Origin: Schmidtea polychroa
Lineage: Eukaryota
NCBI GenBank assembly: GCA_044892525.1
Contig: CM097885.1
Location: 219,418,001-219,482,000 of the forward strand
Reading direction: 5' to 3'
DNA length: 64,000 bases
The notes beneath the pieces were generated by a model. The model did not search any database. It had not been told where the DNA came from and saw nothing but the letters and a program-made list of their open reading frames with translations. The position numbers and the translations under genes were made by a program. Below, one piece after another: positions 59,921-64,000 of this stretch (its first letter is position 1; every line of letters starts with the position of its first letter).

Positions 59921-62900
59921 TAAGGTTTCTGATGCCGTTAATGGAAAACGGAAAACGGCTGTATTTTGAAAGCCATTTCCGTTTTTACAAATAGATACAA
60001 ATAAATTCTGGAATAGAAGCGAACTCGAAAAAGACCAGGGTGAGCTGATAGAATTTTAGCAGTTTCATATTTTTAGCTATTTTTCAAAAAATACTTTCCG
60101 TTTTTTTCATTAACACAATTTTTGCAAACAAATAAAAATGCAAATATTAAAATAATTAAAAATGGGTTGAAAACTGCAATAACAAAGTGTAAGATTAATT
60201 AATTAACGGTAAATTTCTCAAAACACGTGGGATCATTATCGAGACGAATGAACAATCAAGATAAGAACCGACCTCTAAGAAACCAAAGACAATTTTGGAT
60301 TTCATGCCAAAAAAATCGCTGAATAAAATAGTTTCTGGTCTTGCAACCGATGGAATTTCCATTAGAGCAATAACTCGAAATAGCTGCACGAGGATTTGAA
60401 CGAGCTAGTAAAGAAGGACATCGTGATGAATACTCTAGGCCAGGGGTGGGCAAACTTTTTCTATAAAGGGCCACATAGAAAACTTGATTGTTATCGGGGG
60501 CCGCATATATATTTTGTCTACTACTTTACTTTAGTTACAATTTTTACAACTTATGAAAATATGAATTGATGAGAATAGTCATGTATTTGTCAGTTTATTT
60601 CACATTCCCACTCTATTACAAATGCACATTACATTTTCAAATAGGAACTAAACGAATTGCTAATTTGGGAATAAGATTTTACTATTCATAATTATTCCAA
60701 CAAAAGTTTATTGTTACACGTCATAATAATTATGAAGACAAAGAAACTTAATTTACATACAAGCCAACCACAATGTACAAATATAATTAACGAGAAGTAT
60801 GTAACTGTTCACAATTTTGAATAATTTTCTTGAACTGTGGAACCAGTTTACTGGTTGTGATTCACATAACTGCATTTAAATTGCAGTCAGTCAACATCGA
60901 TCTGTTCTTAGACTTATTTATTTTCATACAAGAAAACGCTTGCTCACAAATGTATGTGGACCCAAATAGTAACATAAGCTTGGCAGCAAAGTGTTTTAGC
61001 TGCGGAAATACTGCTGCTGGCAAACATCCATAAAACTCCAGCAGAAGAACTGACTTGAACTTCTCCTTCAGGTCATTTTCTGCTTGTAAGTCAAGCAGTT
61101 CTAACTGTATATACTCTGGGGCTGAATCAGCTTCTGCACTAAATGGCGAACTGAGGATATTGAAGAGTGGTTCTAGGGTTTTGAAGTCTTGGAACCTCCT
61201 TTCAAACTCCACAACCAAGGCATCCAACTGAGCCTTGTACTTGTCAGCCATTTGACCAGGAATGGTATTCTGATTCAGCAAAGGGAAATGGCAAAACCTG
61301 TTTTCACCAGCTTGCCTGGAGAACAGGGCGAGTTTTGCCTGAAATGATTTAACATGTACATAAATTTCATGTGCAAACAAGCTATTGCCCTGAAGTTTAA
61401 CATTCAGCTCATTCAACACTCTTCGTTAACAATGTTAGTGCCAAAGTCACAAACAACCCCCTTCATCTCCAAGAACAAAACTATTTCTTCCTTGAGGTCC
61501 CACACTCGCCTTAATATCTTGCCTAGGCTTAGCCAGCGGACACTGCTGTGGTAGATAACGTCAGAATGTTCAGTTTCCAAATCTTTAAGCAGTGTCTGAA
61601 ACTGCCTGTGATTAAGTGCCCTGGCTCTGATGAGGTTTATCACACTGACAACTGGATCAATAACATGCTTAATAAGCAATGTAGCTAAACACAGACTTTC
61701 CAGATGGATGACACAGTAGAGAGATAAAAGTGCATGGTTAGGATGTTTTTCTTTAATTTTATTATTCATCAACTTCACCAGACCAACATTTTTTCCAGTC
61801 AAAGCTCGCGCTCCATCGGTTGTTACACTTGCCATCTTGTTCCACATCAACCCAGTTCTTTCAACACAGTTCTCAACAGAGTTGAATAAATCCTGGCCTG
61901 TGGTTGTGTCTTTGAGCGGCTCAACACTAAGTAATTCTTCTTCAGTCTTTGCTTGCATCTCGAAGTTGGTGCATCAAATTGTCACTTATCTTTTCAACAC
62001 GCCTGACTACGGTTCTCCTTGATAAAAAAATGCTGTCAAATTTTGTTTTCTGTTCTGGACACATAATGCTTGCTGCATCTGACAAGCATTCCTTAATGAA
62101 CTCGCCGTCAGAAAAGGGCTTGTTACGTTTTACAATCTTATGGGACAGCATCAATTATTAACCAACTCCTGGCTTTTCTTTTTTCTCTCTTCGTTTGTTA
62201 AATTGCGCCCGAAATCCAAATGTCTTGTTTCGTAGTGTCTTTTCAAGTTGTACTCTTTAAAGACGCTCACACACTCATGGCACAGCAAGCAGACTACTTT
62301 GCTCCCAACGCTCGTGAAGCAGTATTTAGCAATCCATTCGACATTAAAAACACGACATTCGTCTTCAATCTTTCTTTTTTTAGCAACACTCATGGGTAAT
62401 TCAAAGTCTATTCGCTTTAAAATTACAATTTTTACAAAGCCTTTCAAAATGTAAATTGTAAATAAAATCCTCTTCTGGTTGAGCGGAAAAGCAGTTTCAA
62501 TGTTAACTAGTAATGACCAGTAATTAATAATATTCTGGAGCCATAAAATCGATTTAATATCCATAAATTCGAATCAAAGCAATAAGAAATACATTTCAAA
62601 AATATAGGCAAAACTGCAAGTCTAAGCTCCAAACAAAGAAAATTAATTCGCATAGGATCGCCACACGTACATTCATACGGGCCGTAGTTTGCCCACCCGT
62701 GCCCTAGGCAATACTGACAAATCCAAGTTGCTGAAACAAGAATTGGTTCTTTTTTGCACTAAAATACGCTCAGGCTTATCAGATGCATCTCTCAATGCTC
62801 TAGTTTTTTTGAAATTTTATTATGGAAAATTTAAAAAGAAAAATTGATTAAATAAGGAGATTCAAAAAATATTTTGTGTTAAATATTTCAAGGAAAATCT

Positions 62901-62934
62901 TTTCTCGAAAAACGGCCGTTTTTCAGAAACCCTA
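59921..62934 (+). mobile_element. Internally deleted TAGGG-ended hAT element interrupted by a Buster element
   Basis: TIR TA(A/G)GGTTTCTGA, TSD ATCTGGGT/ATCTGGAT (7/8), N-terminal remnant LATDGISIRAITR and C-terminal remnant RSGLSDASLNALVFLKFYY (cf. ORF 11657). Confidence 0.8.
60441..62701 (-). mobile_element. Full-length but frameshifted Buster/SPIN-type hAT element, 2261 bp
   Basis: 16-bp TIR CA(G/C)GGGTGGGCAAACT and TSD CTCTAGGC/CCCTAGGC with central TA. ORF pieces 62564-62151, 62154-61942, 61958-61413 and 61419-60862 reconstruct a GTF2IRD2-like transposase (CLLCHE..KRHYETRH, SRRTVVRRV, TTDGARAL, VRWLS, FGSTYICEQAFS). Confidence 0.92.
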
Positions 62935-63092
62935 ATCTGGATGTCACTTCCAGCTATATTTTCTTTATTTTAAATTAATAAAATTTTTGAACAGTCATCT
63001 AAATTTGCTTTTAGTTGTTTGTTAAATCTTCAAGAATATAACATGTATTATTTTGAAAATTTGTCTTTTACCTTTTCAAATCGACATTCAAT

Positions 63093-64000
63093 TAGAGTTT
63101 GCAAAATATCCGGCTTTTTAGTATCCGCGAATACCGGTTTTCATTATTCGAAAACCGCAGTTAACCGTTCGGATACGGATATTTTGGAAATAGCTAATTT
63201 AAAAAAGAAAGGAACAAAAAAAACTCGAAAAATTGTAATTTTAAAATGAAAATTTATTCACATTTTTCATTTAAATACAAATATTTTAGAAAAACTAAGC
63301 AATTTAGCGAATAATCTGATAAACGGGTTCGAAGATTGCCGCAAAAGTGGGAGGAAACAGAGAAATTTCTTTCGGCTTCGATTAATGATGGTTTTATTGT
63401 TGTAAGGCTTAAAGTAATCTTTCAAGTTTTCTGGCCTTTGACCTGTTTTCTTAAATATTATAAAGTCATCTTTGATGTTTAAGTTGGATTTTTGAATATT
63501 TTCGCAAGTAGCATAATTAATAGCAGCATCTAGTTCTGCTTCCAACGAAGTTGGTGCATCCGTGTTCAAATCTACATGTTATGGTGAAGATGAAGGTGAT
63601 AAAATAAGAAGATTCAAAAAGTCTACCAAACAGATTAGATGCAAATTCCAAAACAATTTTAGATGGATTTATAGAGTTATTGGTGAGACAAGCCAGAGTA
63701 TCGATAATGGTAGAATTTTCTCTTTCCTTCATCCGTCGTTCGATATTTAATTTTAATCATCTCATTACATTCATTCAATTTTTTGTACAGAAAATTCATC
63801 GCTCCTTTTGCTGTTAATAAATTGGCGTCTTGTCTTCCCAATGTTTCAACAGCTAATGTTAATGGTTTTATTGCATTCATTAAGCTGGACAATTTTTCGA
63901 AATCTATTCCATATATTAGGTGAAGTGCATTTAATTCGATTAGTGTGTTTTGAATTGCAATTCGAACTCTGAGTAATTTTTCTAACATAGGATGAATAGA
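63093..64000 (-). mobile_element. Degenerate TAGAG-ended hAT element running off the window
   Basis: Terminus TAGAGTTTGCAAAATATCCGG at 63093. ORF 63677-63988 (AIKPLTLAVETLGRQDANLLTA) is homologous to ORF 11657. Confidence 0.8.

Overview
This is AT-rich eukaryotic DNA, not prokaryotic. It has very short GT-AG introns (27-52 nt), one assembly gap and the last two exons of a GHITM/Bax-inhibitor-1-family gene. An animal-type, possibly parasitic, genome is an inference only. Most of the identifiable sequence is nested transposon debris: hAT (TAGGG/TAGAG-ended and Buster/SPIN types), Tc1/IS630 DD34E, pogo/Tigger, Merlin, Mutator-like and piggyBac-like MITEs, Gypsy LTR and Penelope-like elements. 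The most notable block (5404-10050) is a Polinton/Maverick remnant with an uninterrupted 1112-codon protein-primed DNA polymerase frame. It ends in a 252-bp cassette with inverted AGTAGTGTG termini, and it is bracketed by a 108-bp direct repeat that splits a GC-richer ORF; the two halves rejoin in frame to 253 aa. Other highlights are a Penelope-like element with ~660-bp inverted arms carrying minimal hammerhead ribozymes, a TA-flanked TIR element carrying a spliced 4-exon mini-gene, and a Gypsy gag-pro junction with a canonical -1 frameshift signal. I found no tRNA, rRNA or CRISPR array. Most short ORFs in the supplied track are antisense shadows or pseudogene fragments. All family calls come from motif recognition by eye; no database search was run.
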